Of a stretch of DNA of 64,000 nucleotides, positions 50,378 through 61,026 are shown one piece after another. Both the position numbers and the translations under genes were made by a program. The notes under the pieces were generated by a model that was given only the letters and a program-made list of their open reading frames with translations, was not told the origin of the DNA and did not search any database. This DNA is from an uncultured Alphaproteobacteria bacterium (GTDB lineage Bacteria > Pseudomonadota > Alphaproteobacteria > UBA7985 > CAJQQZ01). The DNA lies in assembly GCA_905480575.1 (NCBI GenBank), contig CAJQQZ010000046.1, forward strand, positions 556-64,555, read 5' to 3'. Positions within the stretch are counted from its first letter, which is position 1. Each line of letters starts with the position of its first letter.

Positions 50378-51820
50378 ATGGCAAAACCAACCAAACTCTT
50401 TGTCTGCCAGTCCTGTGGCGCTTCTTTTCCCAAATGGGGCGGTAAGTGCACATCTTGTGGCACATGGGACTCATTGGTTGAAGAATTCCCAAAAGAAGTT
50501 GTGCCTGGTGGATTAGGACAATCGAAGAAACCCGCATCTCGGTCAAGCCGCATCGAATTCACCTCGCTCGATGATGCCGCCAAAGAAGTTGTGCGCTGGC
50601 CAACTGGCATTGGTGAATTTGACCGCGTGACAGGCGGCGGCATTGTTCCTGGCTCGGCAATCCTTATTGGCGGTGATCCTGGTATTGGCAAGTCAACGTT
50701 GCTGTTGCAAGTTGCCGCCATTCTCACTTCAGCAAAAGATAAGAAGCCCCTCAAAGTCGCCTATATCTCTGGGGAAGAAGCTGTCGATCAGGTGAGGCTC
50801 AGGGCCTCTCGCCTCGGTGTTGAAAAAGCACCAGTGATGCTAGCTGCGGCAACCTCCGTCAGAGACATCGTCAATTCACTGGATCAATCTGACGCTCCTG
50901 ATGTTGTTATTATCGATTCTATACAGACGCTTTATTTGGACTCCTTGGATTCCGCGCCCGGTACTGTGTCCCAAGTGCGCGGCTCTGCTCAGGAACTCAT
51001 TCGGTTAGCCAAAACTCACGGCTTCGCGCTCTTCCTTGTCGGTCACGTAACCAAGGAAGGTACGATCGCTGGGCCCAAAGTGGTCGAACACATGGTCGAT
51101 GCGGTTCTGCATTTTGAAGGCGACCGTAGTCACCATTTTAGAATCTTGAGGGCAGTTAAAAACCGTTTTGGACCGAGTGATGAGATCGGCGTATTCGAGA
51201 TGGTCGAAAATGGACTGGATGAGGTTAAGAACCCTTCCGCTCTTTTTCTTGCAGACCGCAACGAGGAAGTTAGCGGTGCCGCCGTCTTTGCTGGCATTGA
51301 GGGCACCCGCCCCGTCCTGGTCGAAATACAGGTGCTTTTGTCCCCCTCACCGCTTGGTACACCGAGGCGTTCGGTTGTCGGATGGGACAACAATCGATTA
51401 TCAATGATCCTTGCCGTTCTTGAAACCCGTTGTGGTTTGTCGTTGGCCGGAAAAGATGTGTATCTCAACGTCGCTGGCGGCCTACGCATACAAGAACCAG
51501 CCGCGGACTTGGCCGTTGCGGCGGCAATACTGTCGGCCACGATTGATCATCCACTCGACCAAGAGACGGTATTTTTTGGCGAAGTAGGGCTGTCTGGAGA
51601 AATCAGAGCTGTATCTTTGGCCGAAATGCGAGCCAAGGAAGCCGAAAAACTCGGTTTCAAAACAGCCGTAGCCCCAAAGCAGAAGCGGAAAAAGAAGTCA
51701 TCTAGTCAAACTGAGGCCACTTCTTCGCTGCAAATTAACTCTTTTGTACACTTAAATGACCTCTTGCGTGATCTTGCACGAAAGAAAGCCCCAAAAAAAG
51801 ACACAGATGTGCTAGACTAA
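50378..51820 (+). CDS. radA: DNA repair protein RadA (Sms)
   Basis: 480 aa with an N-terminal C4 zinc finger (CQSCGASF...CTSCGTW), RecA-like ATPase (GGDPGIGKST), KNRFG motif and a Lon-protease-like C-terminal domain. Confidence 0.95.
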   Translation: MAKPTKLFVCQSCGASFPKWGGKCTSCGTWDSLVEEFPKEVVPGGLGQSKKPASRSSRIEFTSLDDAAKEVVRWPTGIGEFDRVTGGGIVPGSAILIGGDPGIGKSTLLLQVAAILTSAKDKKPLKVAYISGEEAVDQVRLRASRLGVEKAPVMLAAATSVRDIVNSLDQSDAPDVVIIDSIQTLYLDSLDSAPGTVSQVRGSAQELIRLAKTHGFALFLVGHVTKEGTIAGPKVVEHMVDAVLHFEGDRSHHFRILRAVKNRFGPSDEIGVFEMVENGLDEVKNPSALFLADRNEEVSGAAVFAGIEGTRPVLVEIQVLLSPSPLGTPRRSVVGWDNNRLSMILAVLETRCGLSLAGKDVYLNVAGGLRIQEPAADLAVAAAILSATIDHPLDQETVFFGEVGLSGEIRAVSLAEMRAKEAEKLGFKTAVAPKQKRKKKSSSQTEATSSLQINSFVHLNDLLRDLARKKAPKKDTDVLD

Positions 51821-51929
51821 TCACATTGAAAGTTTTGGCTGAGGCTTGACCTAAACCGCTGTAATGATTAGACAAGCGCGGTTTGCGCGGAAATGTGTTT
51901 TTCCGAAGCCATCTATAGTTTGAGATGAT

Positions 51930-52628
51930 TTGATGGACTCCTTACCCTTTAATATTATTGATGCCGTTGCCATTGGCGCGATTGTTTTATCTGCATTGTT
52001 TGCTTATTTCCGTGGTTTCGTCCGCGAAATTTTGTCAATTGCAGCCTGGGCACTCGCCGCTTTTACAACGCTCGCTCTACTGGATTTTAGCCGAGATCTC
52101 ATTAGCCAGTACGTCCCCATTCCATTGGTGGCTAACGGACTTGCTATTGGTGGCGTTTTCATCATTCTGCTGATTTTGTTTTCCGCGTTGGCCATTCCCC
52201 TTTGGTCGTTGATTGGTCATACCGGTCTACGACCTATCGACAGAGCTTTGGGCGTAATATTTGGTTTCCTGCGTGGCGGCCTTCTAGTGATGGCGCTATG
52301 GATCGGGTTCGCATGGCTCGTACCAGAAGCCAGCCGTCCTAAGATCATTGAGACGTCGCGCGTTTTACCCTACATTGACGACGGTGCTAAATCATTGGTG
52401 GTTTGGGTTAAATCCATGCCGTACGGCTTTATTCAAACCAAAGGCACGCAGGGAATTCTCCAAGAATTAGAGAATGCGCTCAATATTGAGAAGCCTTCGA
52501 ACGCAGCAACGTTCCAATCGTTGAATAATCCGAAGCCTCTGGTGCCAACAAGTGCGACAGAAACAGCGGGTTATAACAATAGTCAACGCCAAGACCTGAG
52601 CCGTCTGCTAAACACCACTCAGCAATAG
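51930..52628 (+). CDS. cvpA: CvpA-family membrane protein (colicin V production protein homologue)
   Basis: 232 aa with about 4 TM helices. Sits in the conserved position upstream of purF. Confidence 0.85.
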   Translation: MMDSLPFNIIDAVAIGAIVLSALFAYFRGFVREILSIAAWALAAFTTLALLDFSRDLISQYVPIPLVANGLAIGGVFIILLILFSALAIPLWSLIGHTGLRPIDRALGVIFGFLRGGLLVMALWIGFAWLVPEASRPKIIETSRVLPYIDDGAKSLVVWVKSMPYGFIQTKGTQGILQELENALNIEKPSNAATFQSLNNPKPLVPTSATETAGYNNSQRQDLSRLLNTTQQ

Positions 52629-52648
52629 TTGATATAAGGATCCGAAGC

Positions 52649-54109
52649 ATGACCTTCTTCTCTCCCTTCGCTCAAGACGATGACCGACCCAGAGAAGAAT
52701 GTGGAATCTTCGCTACCTATAACAACGACGATGCCTTCGCTCATACGGTGCTGGGCCTCCATGCATTGCAACACCGCGGACAAGAAGCTGCTGGTATCGT
52801 CTGTTATGACGGCAAGACGTTCAACGCTCACCGTGCCGTCGGCTTAGTTGGCGATAATTTCAATGATCCGAAAGTAGTTGATTTGTTGGTTGGTCCTGCC
52901 GCCATCGGGCATGTCCGTTATTCTACTGCCGGTGGATCCGCCGCTCGCAACATCCAGCCGCTCTATGCTGATCTGGACTTGGGTGGTTTCGCAATAGCCC
53001 ATAACGGCAACCTCACGAATGCGCATATTCTACGCCAAGAACTAACTTCAAAAGGTTCTCTGTTCCAATCAACAGCCGATACAGAAGTCATTATCCATTT
53101 GATGGCGCGCAGCCTACGTCGCCATCGCATCGACCGTCTCGTTGAGGCTTTGTCTCAAGTTGAGGGTGCCTATTCCATCGTTGCACTCAATGAAAAAATG
53201 GTCATAGGCGTTCGTGACCCCTTAGGTGTGCGCCCCTTAGTTATCGGCAAAATTGGTGAATCTTACATTCTAGCCTCTGAAAGCTGTGCCCTTGATATCA
53301 TGGGCGCTGAATTCATCCGCGATGTTGAACCTGGTGAAGTGGTCATCTTGGATTCCGATGGCCTTCACAGCCGTTTCCCTTTCCCGAGGTTGAAGCCCCG
53401 CAGCTGTATTTTTGAGTACCTCTATTTCGCGCGACCCGATTCTGTCATGGAAGGTGTTTCTGTGTATGAATCGCGCAAACGCGCAGGCGAAGAACTGGCG
53501 AAAGAAAGTCATGTTCCAGCCGATGTCGTCGTGCCTGTTCCGGATTCAGGTGTCCCCGCTGCCCTCGGCTATGCGAACCAAGCTCAGATTCCGTTCGAAC
53601 TCGGTATCATCCGCAACCATTACGTCGGCCGTACCTTCATTGAACCAACGCAACAGATCCGCCACTTAGGCGTAAAGCTGAAGCACAACGCCAACTCAGC
53701 AAGGTTGAAGGGCCAACGTGTCATCCTGGTCGATGATTCAATCGTTCGCGGCACGACATCGATCAAAATCGTTGAAATGGTAAGAGCAGCTGGCGCAACC
53801 GAAGTACACATGCGTATCGCCGCTCCACCAACAGCTAGCCCTTGCTACTATGGTATCGACACACCAGAAAAGAATGAGCTGCTGGCTCATAAAATGCCCG
53901 GTAGTGAAATGGCTGCCCATATTGGTGTCGACAGTTTGGCATTTATTTCCGTTGATGGTCTCTATCAGGCCGTAGCGGGTACGAAACGAGACAATGACAG
54001 TCCACAATACTGTGACGCCTGTTTCACTAACTCCTATCCCACGCGCCTGAGCGATAAAGAAGAGAAGAGGTCAGCCCCTCAACTATCTCTCCTTTCGGAA
54101 ACTGCCTAA
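52649..54109 (+). CDS. purF: amidophosphoribosyltransferase
   Basis: 486 aa with a propeptide ending at Cys (…REECGIF), an Ntn glutaminase domain, PRTase motif VILVDDSIVRGTT and C-terminal cysteines. Confidence 0.95.
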   Translation: MTFFSPFAQDDDRPREECGIFATYNNDDAFAHTVLGLHALQHRGQEAAGIVCYDGKTFNAHRAVGLVGDNFNDPKVVDLLVGPAAIGHVRYSTAGGSAARNIQPLYADLDLGGFAIAHNGNLTNAHILRQELTSKGSLFQSTADTEVIIHLMARSLRRHRIDRLVEALSQVEGAYSIVALNEKMVIGVRDPLGVRPLVIGKIGESYILASESCALDIMGAEFIRDVEPGEVVILDSDGLHSRFPFPRLKPRSCIFEYLYFARPDSVMEGVSVYESRKRAGEELAKESHVPADVVVPVPDSGVPAALGYANQAQIPFELGIIRNHYVGRTFIEPTQQIRHLGVKLKHNANSARLKGQRVILVDDSIVRGTTSIKIVEMVRAAGATEVHMRIAAPPTASPCYYGIDTPEKNELLAHKMPGSEMAAHIGVDSLAFISVDGLYQAVAGTKRDNDSPQYCDACFTNSYPTRLSDKEEKRSAPQLSLLSETA

Positions 54110-54123
54110 GGCCCCGCCTTGAA

Positions 54124-54660
54124 ATGTTACTCCGTTTAACCAGTGGTCTCTTTGCTCTAGCCTTTGCATTGCTACTTGCCCAAGTTCCAGGATTTTTTGC
54201 GGAAAAGCAAAATCAACTGAACCAACGAGATGCTCTGCTAATAGACAAGATTGCCGTCTTCTCGGAAACGGCGGCTTCGACTGGTATGGCTCTGCCTCAA
54301 TTTGTTCAGTCACTCCAAAGCCATAATGACGATGCTATCCGTGCTCAGGGTATTGAGATCGCCAGGACTTTGGAAAACCAAACAAGAGTTAAAGAAAGTC
54401 TAGAAGCCTTTTCTGCCGCAACACCAACGTCAAAACTCGCTTTGCTCCTTCTGTATCACCGTACTTTGAACAATCTGCCATTGGAGCGCGATCAACTGTT
54501 TCAGTTGCCGAAGGACCAGGAAAGCTATTCCTATGGCTTGTTTGGATTCATTGTTGGCATTTTCTTTTTCTCCCTCCTGCTTTTTCTCGGATTGAGTTTG
54601 AAAAAGCTCTATAAGCTGCGCCAAGCTCGAAAGCTATTGGCGAGCCGGGGTTATGGATAA
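54124..54660 (+). CDS. hypothetical membrane protein
   Basis: 178 aa with an N-terminal hydrophobic segment and a C-terminal TM helix, and no recognisable catalytic motif. Coding is supported by its tight spacing after purF. Confidence 0.5.
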   Translation: MLLRLTSGLFALAFALLLAQVPGFFAEKQNQLNQRDALLIDKIAVFSETAASTGMALPQFVQSLQSHNDDAIRAQGIEIARTLENQTRVKESLEAFSAATPTSKLALLLLYHRTLNNLPLERDQLFQLPKDQESYSYGLFGFIVGIFFFSLLLFLGLSLKKLYKLRQARKLLASRGYG

Positions 54661-54677
54661 TAGGATTCTTTCGTTAA

Positions 54678-55388
54678 ATGACTAAGCTGCTGGAAAATCG
54701 AATTGCTCTCGTCACAGGTGCCTCACGCGGAATCGGAGCAGCCGTCGCCCGTCGTTTCGCTGAGGAAGGTGCTACGGTGGTTGCCACAGCGCGCACCGTT
54801 GGCGGCCTAGAAGAACTGGACGATGCGATCCTGGAATCAAGCGGCCAAAGAGCGACACTTGTACCAATGGACCTGCGCCAGTTCGACCAAATCGACAATC
54901 TAGGCCACGCTCTTTATGAGCGTTTTGGCAAACTAGACATCGTGGTCGGCAATGCCGGATTCATCTCGGAGCTAACGCCAACCTGGTTGATGGACCCTGA
55001 TAGCTGGTCACGGATGTTAGATGTGAACCTGACAGCCAACGCACGGCTCATTCGGTCAATGGACCCTCTGTTACGTCAGTCTGAGGCTGGACGTTCCATC
55101 TATGTCACATGCGACATGGGCAAAGATCCTAGACCGTTTTGGAGCTTCTATGGAGCAACAAAGGCTGCGCTGGAAAATCTTGTATCGGCTTACGCCGCTG
55201 AAATTCAACAATCTTCCATGCGAGTAAACCTGATCAATCCGGGTCCGGTTAGCACAGCCACGCGGTCAAAGGCTTTCCCAGGTGAAGACCCGGCTAATCT
55301 AAAAAGCCCCGACGATGTAACAGATGCTTTTGTCCAAATGGCAACCGCGTCGTTTCAAGACAATGCGACCTACGTCAGAGCGCAATAG
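54678..55388 (+). CDS. SDR-family oxidoreductase
   Basis: 236 aa with TGASRGIG and a YGATKAAL (YxxxK) active site. Confidence 0.8.
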   Translation: MTKLLENRIALVTGASRGIGAAVARRFAEEGATVVATARTVGGLEELDDAILESSGQRATLVPMDLRQFDQIDNLGHALYERFGKLDIVVGNAGFISELTPTWLMDPDSWSRMLDVNLTANARLIRSMDPLLRQSEAGRSIYVTCDMGKDPRPFWSFYGATKAALENLVSAYAAEIQQSSMRVNLINPGPVSTATRSKAFPGEDPANLKSPDDVTDAFVQMATASFQDNATYVRAQ

Positions 55389-55397
55389 CGCCTCTTT

Positions 55398-56807
55398 CTA
55401 ATTCACTCTGCCGCTGTAAGGGTTCTTGCCCTTTCTCAGGATGTAGCGGATCGGTGTTCCTGGCAGATTAAAATCCTCCCTCATCGCATTCATAAGGTAG
55501 CGAGAGTAAGACTCCGGTAGATCAGCAAGCTGGTTCCCGAAAAGAACGAACGTCGGCGGTCTGATCTTCGCTTGGTTCATATAGCGAATTTTCACCCGGC
55601 GGCCATTGACCAGCGGCGGTGTATGCTGCTCGAGTTTTTCCTCCAGCCACCTGTTCAACAAAGAAGTACCAATATGCGTACTCCATGTTTCAAACAGGTC
55701 AAAAGCTGCCGTCAGAAGCTTGTCCAAGTTCCGCTCATGCAGTGCCGAGATAGTCAACGTCGGTATCCCCCGCACACGAGGTAAGGAAGTCGCCAGTCTG
55801 TCATTCAGACGCTGCAGAACTGCCTTGTGCTCATCAACTGTATCCCATTTGTTTACAGCAATGATCAAGGCGCGGCCTTCTTCGATAACACGGCGCGCAA
55901 TTGTTAGATCTTGTTTGTCGAGCAGCTCATCAGGATCAACCACCAGGATGACGACCTGTGCAAACCGCAGAGCGCGCAAACTATCACTCACCGATAGTTT
56001 CTCCACAGAGTCTCTAACTTTGGCTTGGCGGCGGAGACCGGCGGTATCAAACAATCTTACTGTCCGACCGTGGCTTTCAAAAAACACCGAGATCGAATCT
56101 CTTGTGAGACCAGCTTGCGGCCCCGTGATCATCCGTTCCTCACCAAAAAGAGCATTCACCAATGTAGACTTACCAACGTTTGGGCGCCCGACAACAGCGA
56201 TCTGAACGGGCTTGTTAACATCGACCTCAGTATAGATCTTGACGCCTTCTTCATCTTGATCTTGGCTGTCCAATTCCATTTCTGGCTCGTCGGAGGCTTC
56301 GATTTCCTCAGGCTCGTCATCGAGCCATTTTTCAAATAGCTCGAACAGCTCCGGCATACCTATGCCGTGTTCAGCCGAAATCGACATGGGTTCGCCCATC
56401 CCTAGGGAGAAGGCTTCCAAATACCCAGGGAATGCCGCGTTGCCTTCGTGTTTGTTCGCCAGGACTGTTACGTCCTTACCGGTCTTTCTTATCCATTGTG
56501 CAAAGTGTTCATCGGCCGCTGTCAGGCCGGCGCGGGCATCAATAACAAAAAGCACATGATCAACAGAGGCGATCACGCTTTCTGTGCTGATCCTCATCTT
56601 CCCTTCGATCGACTCATCGAAGCTTTCTTCCAAACCAGCCGTATCAATGAGTGTGAACTTCTTGCCGTCAACTGAGACTTCGCAATCGCGCCAATCTCTG
56701 GTGACACCCGGTCGGTCGTGGACAATGGCAAGTTTCCTACCAGCCATACGATTGAAAAGCGTCGATTTACCAACGTTGGGACGTCCAACGATTGCTACTG
56801 AAACCAT
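55398..56807 (-). CDS. der: ribosome-biogenesis GTPase Der (EngA)
   Basis: Two tandem GTPase domains (GRPNVGKS twice) plus a C-terminal KH-like domain. Start set at ATG 56807 (MVSVAIVGRPNVGKS). The track ORF extends 9 codons upstream to a TTG at 56834. Confidence 0.9.
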   Translation of the reverse strand: MVSVAIVGRPNVGKSTLFNRMAGRKLAIVHDRPGVTRDWRDCEVSVDGKKFTLIDTAGLEESFDESIEGKMRISTESVIASVDHVLFVIDARAGLTAADEHFAQWIRKTGKDVTVLANKHEGNAAFPGYLEAFSLGMGEPMSISAEHGIGMPELFELFEKWLDDEPEEIEASDEPEMELDSQDQDEEGVKIYTEVDVNKPVQIAVVGRPNVGKSTLVNALFGEERMITGPQAGLTRDSISVFFESHGRTVRLFDTAGLRRQAKVRDSVEKLSVSDSLRALRFAQVVILVVDPDELLDKQDLTIARRVIEEGRALIIAVNKWDTVDEHKAVLQRLNDRLATSLPRVRGIPTLTISALHERNLDKLLTAAFDLFETWSTHIGTSLLNRWLEEKLEQHTPPLVNGRRVKIRYMNQAKIRPPTFVLFGNQLADLPESYSRYLMNAMREDFNLPGTPIRYILRKGKNPYSGRVN

Positions 56808-56930
56808 AAGAATTTGACCTACAGGCTTTCGCAATTACTCGAAGCGAGTGAAGCGTGAAACCTCTGCTTAATTAGTTGAAGGATCGGCGATTTGTATTTC
56901 TATGATGATTCATCGAAAATAAAAACCGCT

Positions 56931-58283
56931 TTAACGATATGCGATAAGGCGACCGTTTTCGTTGAGTATCAAAAGCGTGTTGTTAACGACGATCGGAGAA
57001 GTGACAACAGCGGTGCCGAGCTTTTCAATACCGATCACTTTCCCACTGTAGGGAGAGACATAAGCCATCAAACCATGGGAAGAGGCCAAAACCAATTTGT
57101 TGCCAGCTAAGACCGGCCCATACCAAGTAATAGCCCTTGTTTTTTGGCGGTTTTCAAACTTACTGAGTTCTCTCACCCAACGTGCGACACCCGTCGTTCT
57201 TTCAAGCGCAGCCATGCGTCCTTGAGCGGTAATGACGAATACATGGTCGGGACCGACTGCCGGTGACTGTTGCCCGCCAACTTCAGATTCCCACACCTGA
57301 ACACCACGCAAGAAGTCAAACGCAGCCATCCGGCCAGCGTGACTTAACACAAAAGCAAAGTTCCGATCGATAACAGGGGCTGCCTTCACCGCAGAAATCG
57401 TCGACAGCAGTGCCTCCGACCCACCACCGAATGGAGAGAGGCTGTCGCTCCAGAGAACCCTGCCTGTTTCAGCGTCCAAAGCCAGCACCTCACCAGAGCT
57501 GAGGCCGACCAAGACTGTGTTTCCATGAACCGCTGGCGATGAACCGCCTAACAATGAGGTCTGAGACTTTGCCCCTTGATGTTTCCAGACCTCTTTGCCA
57601 TCGATCACATCAAAGGCCAGCACTTGGTTATCTATTGTCACGACAAATACGAGCCCACCAGACACAGTGGGTGCTGCTCTAGAAGGTGCAGGAAGTGGTT
57701 TTCTCCAACGTCCCGCTCCTTCGCGAGCCGACAAAGAATGAATTTCCGCAAAACCAGTGGTGATGAACAAAGCGCCTTTGAAATAGGCGATGCCGCCGCC
57801 GAAGTAACCATCACGCTCTGAAAGAGGAACTAGATCACGATTCCAGTAGGACTTGCCATTAGCCAAATTAAACGCCGTCACTTTAGACGTGGCATCCATG
57901 GTGAAAACAACATTGTTCTTCACAATTGGCTGGGCCACTAACTTGCGACGCTTCGTTGAGCCTCGACCGATGGACGCTGACCAGGCCACTTTCGGCTTGT
58001 CTCTCAGGTTTACGTGATAAACACGATGCTGTGGATTGCCGCCTTCGTGTGTCCACTCTGTATTTGTATAGGGCTTAGAAAGGACAACAGGCTTTGCCCC
58101 CTCTCCTTGATCGCTGCCGTCTGAGGCCGTTTTAAATGCCTTCTCTCGCTCTCCGGGAAGAATTTCTTCTTTAGTACCAAAGCCAGAAAAATCACTGAAA
58201 TCACGGTAACTGTCAACGAAGGCTTCACAGGAAGACAGAAACAAAGCAACAATAGCGAAAACTATGAGGTGAGCGTTGCGCAA
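56931..58283 (-). CDS. bamB: outer-membrane protein assembly factor BamB (PQQ-repeat beta-propeller lipoprotein)
   Basis: 450 aa with signal peptide and lipobox LSSC, plus repeated PQQ-like beta-propeller blades. yfgM-bamB-der synteny. Confidence 0.85.
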   Translation of the reverse strand: MRNAHLIVFAIVALFLSSCEAFVDSYRDFSDFSGFGTKEEILPGEREKAFKTASDGSDQGEGAKPVVLSKPYTNTEWTHEGGNPQHRVYHVNLRDKPKVAWSASIGRGSTKRRKLVAQPIVKNNVVFTMDATSKVTAFNLANGKSYWNRDLVPLSERDGYFGGGIAYFKGALFITTGFAEIHSLSAREGAGRWRKPLPAPSRAAPTVSGGLVFVVTIDNQVLAFDVIDGKEVWKHQGAKSQTSLLGGSSPAVHGNTVLVGLSSGEVLALDAETGRVLWSDSLSPFGGGSEALLSTISAVKAAPVIDRNFAFVLSHAGRMAAFDFLRGVQVWESEVGGQQSPAVGPDHVFVITAQGRMAALERTTGVARWVRELSKFENRQKTRAITWYGPVLAGNKLVLASSHGLMAYVSPYSGKVIGIEKLGTAVVTSPIVVNNTLLILNENGRLIAYR

Positions 58284-58311
58284 CGTCTGTTCTTCCTTCT
58301 AATCTGGCTGC

Positions 58312-58956
58312 TTAGTTGATGCTGAGCGCTGTCAAATATTCGCTTGCACGGGCCTTCATTTGCCCAGGCAGATCGTCTAGCTTTTCCAACTCACCAAACA
58401 AGGTTTTAGCCTTCTCAACATCACCAGCGCGAATGGCCAACAAAGCGGTCATTTCGAGTGCCGCGAAACGGAAAGGTTTCCCTTCGCTAGTGAGTGGTGA
58501 CAAACGGTTGCTCAACACTTCAGCATCGCCCGTATCGAGCTGTTGCATCACTGAGAACACAGTTGCCAACTCACGGTACAAACCATCAACCTTAGTGTCG
58601 TTAGCGACTTTGTCATAAACGGCAACCGCATCTTCGGTGTTGCCGAGATTAATGAGAGATTTTGCACGCTCAAAACTGGCCAACATAGCGTAGGAGTCAG
58701 ATGTATCAGCTACTCTTGCTAAAGCCTGGGCTGCTCCTTCCTCGTCGCCTTGATTTCTAAGTTCTACGGCTTGAGCAAATTGCTGACTGCGCTCTTCGAC
58801 CTTACGTTCTTCGTATTCCATCCAGCCGTAATAGCCAGCGGAGCCAATAATAACGGCCCCAATCAATCCGAGAACATAAGCGCCATAACGTTTCCACCAC
58901 TGGAAAACCTTATCCTGCTTAATCTCTTCGTCGATTTCATTTAGGATATCAACCAC
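58312..58956 (-). CDS. YfgM-like tetratricopeptide-repeat membrane-anchored protein
   Basis: 214 aa with an N-terminal TM helix after a coiled segment and a TPR-like C-terminal domain. Conserved upstream of bamB. Confidence 0.7.
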   Translation of the reverse strand: MVDILNEIDEEIKQDKVFQWWKRYGAYVLGLIGAVIIGSAGYYGWMEYEERKVEERSQQFAQAVELRNQGDEEGAAQALARVADTSDSYAMLASFERAKSLINLGNTEDAVAVYDKVANDTKVDGLYRELATVFSVMQQLDTGDAEVLSNRLSPLTSEGKPFRFAALEMTALLAIRAGDVEKAKTLFGELEKLDDLPGQMKARASEYLTALSIN

Positions 58957-59134
58957 AGCCCGTGTTCCTCGCGAGTCTAGAGTCCAAAAATCACTTGTAA
59001 CAATAGTGAGGTCTAAGCCTCAATTTTCTACTACCAAACGCCGGTTTATTATCTCTTTTTGCAGTCCGGCACCATAGCGAAAAGTCCCAGAATGTAAGAT
59101 TAGGGGGCATAAAGCACTTAAACATCCCAAATTT

Positions 59135-59560
59135 ATGGCAAAAGACTGGACGCAGGGCGATTTTGCCATAAAGTTTACGAACACTTTCGAAATTCGGCGC
59201 GCACGCTACCCTATGTCAAACGTCTATTCCTTAGAGCAGTTCAAAAAGAGCAAACGAGGTAAAACGAACAAAGCTATCTTTTTTGATAAGAAGGAGCTCG
59301 GCCAGTTATTGAATGTTTACAGCCGACAAGTCGCTCAGGGAATTTGGAAAGACTATGCCATTGATCAATTGCCTGGTCTCGTTGTTTTCTCGATTTTTAA
59401 GAATGCCCACGAACATCCAATCTACACAATCGTGAAGCAAGTCCATCCCAGCGGCAAAGGCCGCGAGTATCTGGTCCATGCAGGTGCGAAGCAACTCTCA
59501 AAGAGCGATCAACTCTCAAATGCCCTCAGAGTCTTAGAAAAGAAGACAATTTTGGCATAA
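59135..59560 (+). CDS. conserved hypothetical protein (possibly DUF2794 family)
   Basis: 141-aa ORF that may start at the internal MSNVYSLEQF. The motif LNVYSRQVAQGIWKDYAID resembles small conserved alphaproteobacterial proteins. The family assignment is from memory only. Confidence 0.45.
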   Translation: MAKDWTQGDFAIKFTNTFEIRRARYPMSNVYSLEQFKKSKRGKTNKAIFFDKKELGQLLNVYSRQVAQGIWKDYAIDQLPGLVVFSIFKNAHEHPIYTIVKQVHPSGKGREYLVHAGAKQLSKSDQLSNALRVLEKKTILA

Positions 59561-59688
59561 ATTCGAATTTTTCTTCGAATCCAGTGAAGATAATCTTTGA
59601 TTTATCGTTATATTTGTTTATGTTAGCGTCTATTGCTGCCATCGTTTATTAAGATGTGCTTGCTGATTTTAGAGTTAAGGAATTCAAA

Positions 59689-60153
59689 ATGAAGCGTTTA
59701 GTGCTGTTTTCAAGCATTGCCGCCTTGTCATTTGGCCTCGTAGGGTGTGGTTCATTTAAGGCCACAGACAAGATTTTGGTCAATGAACAAGTCCAAGCAA
59801 AACCAGTCGTTATACGTCAACCTGTTCGTCTCGTCCGTCAACAACCCGTTCGGATTCAGCGCGTTATCCAACGTGTCGAAGTGCCAAGACAGGTAGTAGT
59901 TCAGCCAACAACGGTCCAGGTGACACAACCTGTTGTCAAACAACAAGCTCAAACAATCCAGCTTCGCTATTTAAATCGCGTCTCAGTGATGCGTATCCAG
60001 CGTGCTTTGCAGCTAAAAGGATTTAACCCAGGTCGAATCGACGGGGTTTACGGAGTTCGAACCGCCAGTGCTATGGCTCGGTTCCAACGTTCTCAAGGCG
60101 AAAGCCGTGGGGTTACAGCATCTACACTCAAGAAATTGGGTGTTATTCTGTAA
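59689..60153 (+). CDS. lipoprotein with QPV-rich repeats and C-terminal peptidoglycan-binding-like domain
   Basis: Start set at MKRLVLFSSIAALSFGLVGC (lipobox). The central region is QPVRLVRQQPVRIQRVIQRVEVPRQVVVQPTTVQVTQPVVKQQ. The C-terminus is PG_binding_1-like (IQRALQLKGFNPGRIDGVYGVRTASAMARFQR). Confidence 0.6.
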   Translation: MKRLVLFSSIAALSFGLVGCGSFKATDKILVNEQVQAKPVVIRQPVRLVRQQPVRIQRVIQRVEVPRQVVVQPTTVQVTQPVVKQQAQTIQLRYLNRVSVMRIQRALQLKGFNPGRIDGVYGVRTASAMARFQRSQGESRGVTASTLKKLGVIL

Positions 60154-60190
60154 GATACTTTCAAATTTGTTTTCATTTTCGTTTCTACTT

Positions 60191-60220
60191 GCCTGCTAGT
60201 TTTCTAGCAGGCTTTTTTTT
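60191..60220 (+). terminator. rho-independent terminator
   Basis: gcctgctag-tttt-ctagcaggc is a perfect 9-bp stem followed by T8. Confidence 0.7.
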
Positions 60221-60379
60221 GCTCAAAAGAAGCCGCAAAGAAACGCTGCAGATCTAGTTGATACCGCGCTGGCATTGCATCGCGCTGGCACTGTCTGTAT
60301 CACGGACAAAGTGTTGTAATAGTGGAATCCTCAAGCAGAACGCCTGTTCTGCGAAGTGAATGATTAGAAAGACCGTGAA

Positions 60380-60946
60380 ATGAATGATCGGACAGAAATC
60401 ACCGCCCGGCTAGCGAAGCGGCTGAAGGAAGAACGCGCAGCTAAAGGGTTGAGCTTGGATGCATTAGCTAAACTCTCCGGTGTTTCACGCTCGATGCTCT
60501 CTCAGATCGAGCGCGGTGAATCAAGCCCGACAGTAGCCAGCCTCTGGAACCTCACGCAAGCGCTGAAGGTGGATTTCTCCAACCTCCTGGATCAGGAGGC
60601 GGAGCCTTTACCTTCGATACGCGAGATTGTTTCTGCTGATGTCACGCCAGTAATTCGTAACCGAGCCGCCGGGTGTGAGATCCGCATTCTTAGCCCGGCG
60701 GAAGAAGTTGGCGGTAATGAAGTGTACGACATTCGGTTTTCTGCGGGCGCAGCATTAGAAAGCTCTGCTCATAAAAAAGGCTGTGTTGAACATTTGACGG
60801 TGATAGACGGCCTTTTGGAAATTAGTTCAGATGAGCAAACGGCCTCTGTTTTCGCTGGTGACACGATCAGATATGCGGCTGACGTGGAGCACACAATTCG
60901 CGCTGCAGAACCTGCCCGGGCTTTGTTAATCGTCAAAAACGCCTGA
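60380..60946 (+). CDS. XRE-family transcriptional regulator with C-terminal cupin domain
   Basis: 188 aa with an N-terminal HTH_3 ([32 protein letters not shown]) and a C-terminal cupin-like sensor domain. Confidence 0.8.
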   Translation: MNDRTEITARLAKRLKEERAAKGLSLDALAKLSGVSRSMLSQIERGESSPTVASLWNLTQALKVDFSNLLDQEAEPLPSIREIVSADVTPVIRNRAAGCEIRILSPAEEVGGNEVYDIRFSAGAALESSAHKKGCVEHLTVIDGLLEISSDEQTASVFAGDTIRYAADVEHTIRAAEPARALLIVKNA

Positions 60947-61026
60947 TTTCCACCTTAACGGCGCTTATCCGTTATGTTGACATTAGCTCTTTTAGTGGAT
61001 ATCAATCCGTTAAACTGGAGAACGTC

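Noticed and set aside
59561-59600. tRNA T-loop-like string cttcgaatcc / inverted repeat aattcgaa-N7-ttcgaat after the 59135-59560 ORF
   Set aside because: There is no acceptor stem or anticodon arm context, so it is not a tRNA. At most it is a weak AT-rich terminator hairpin.
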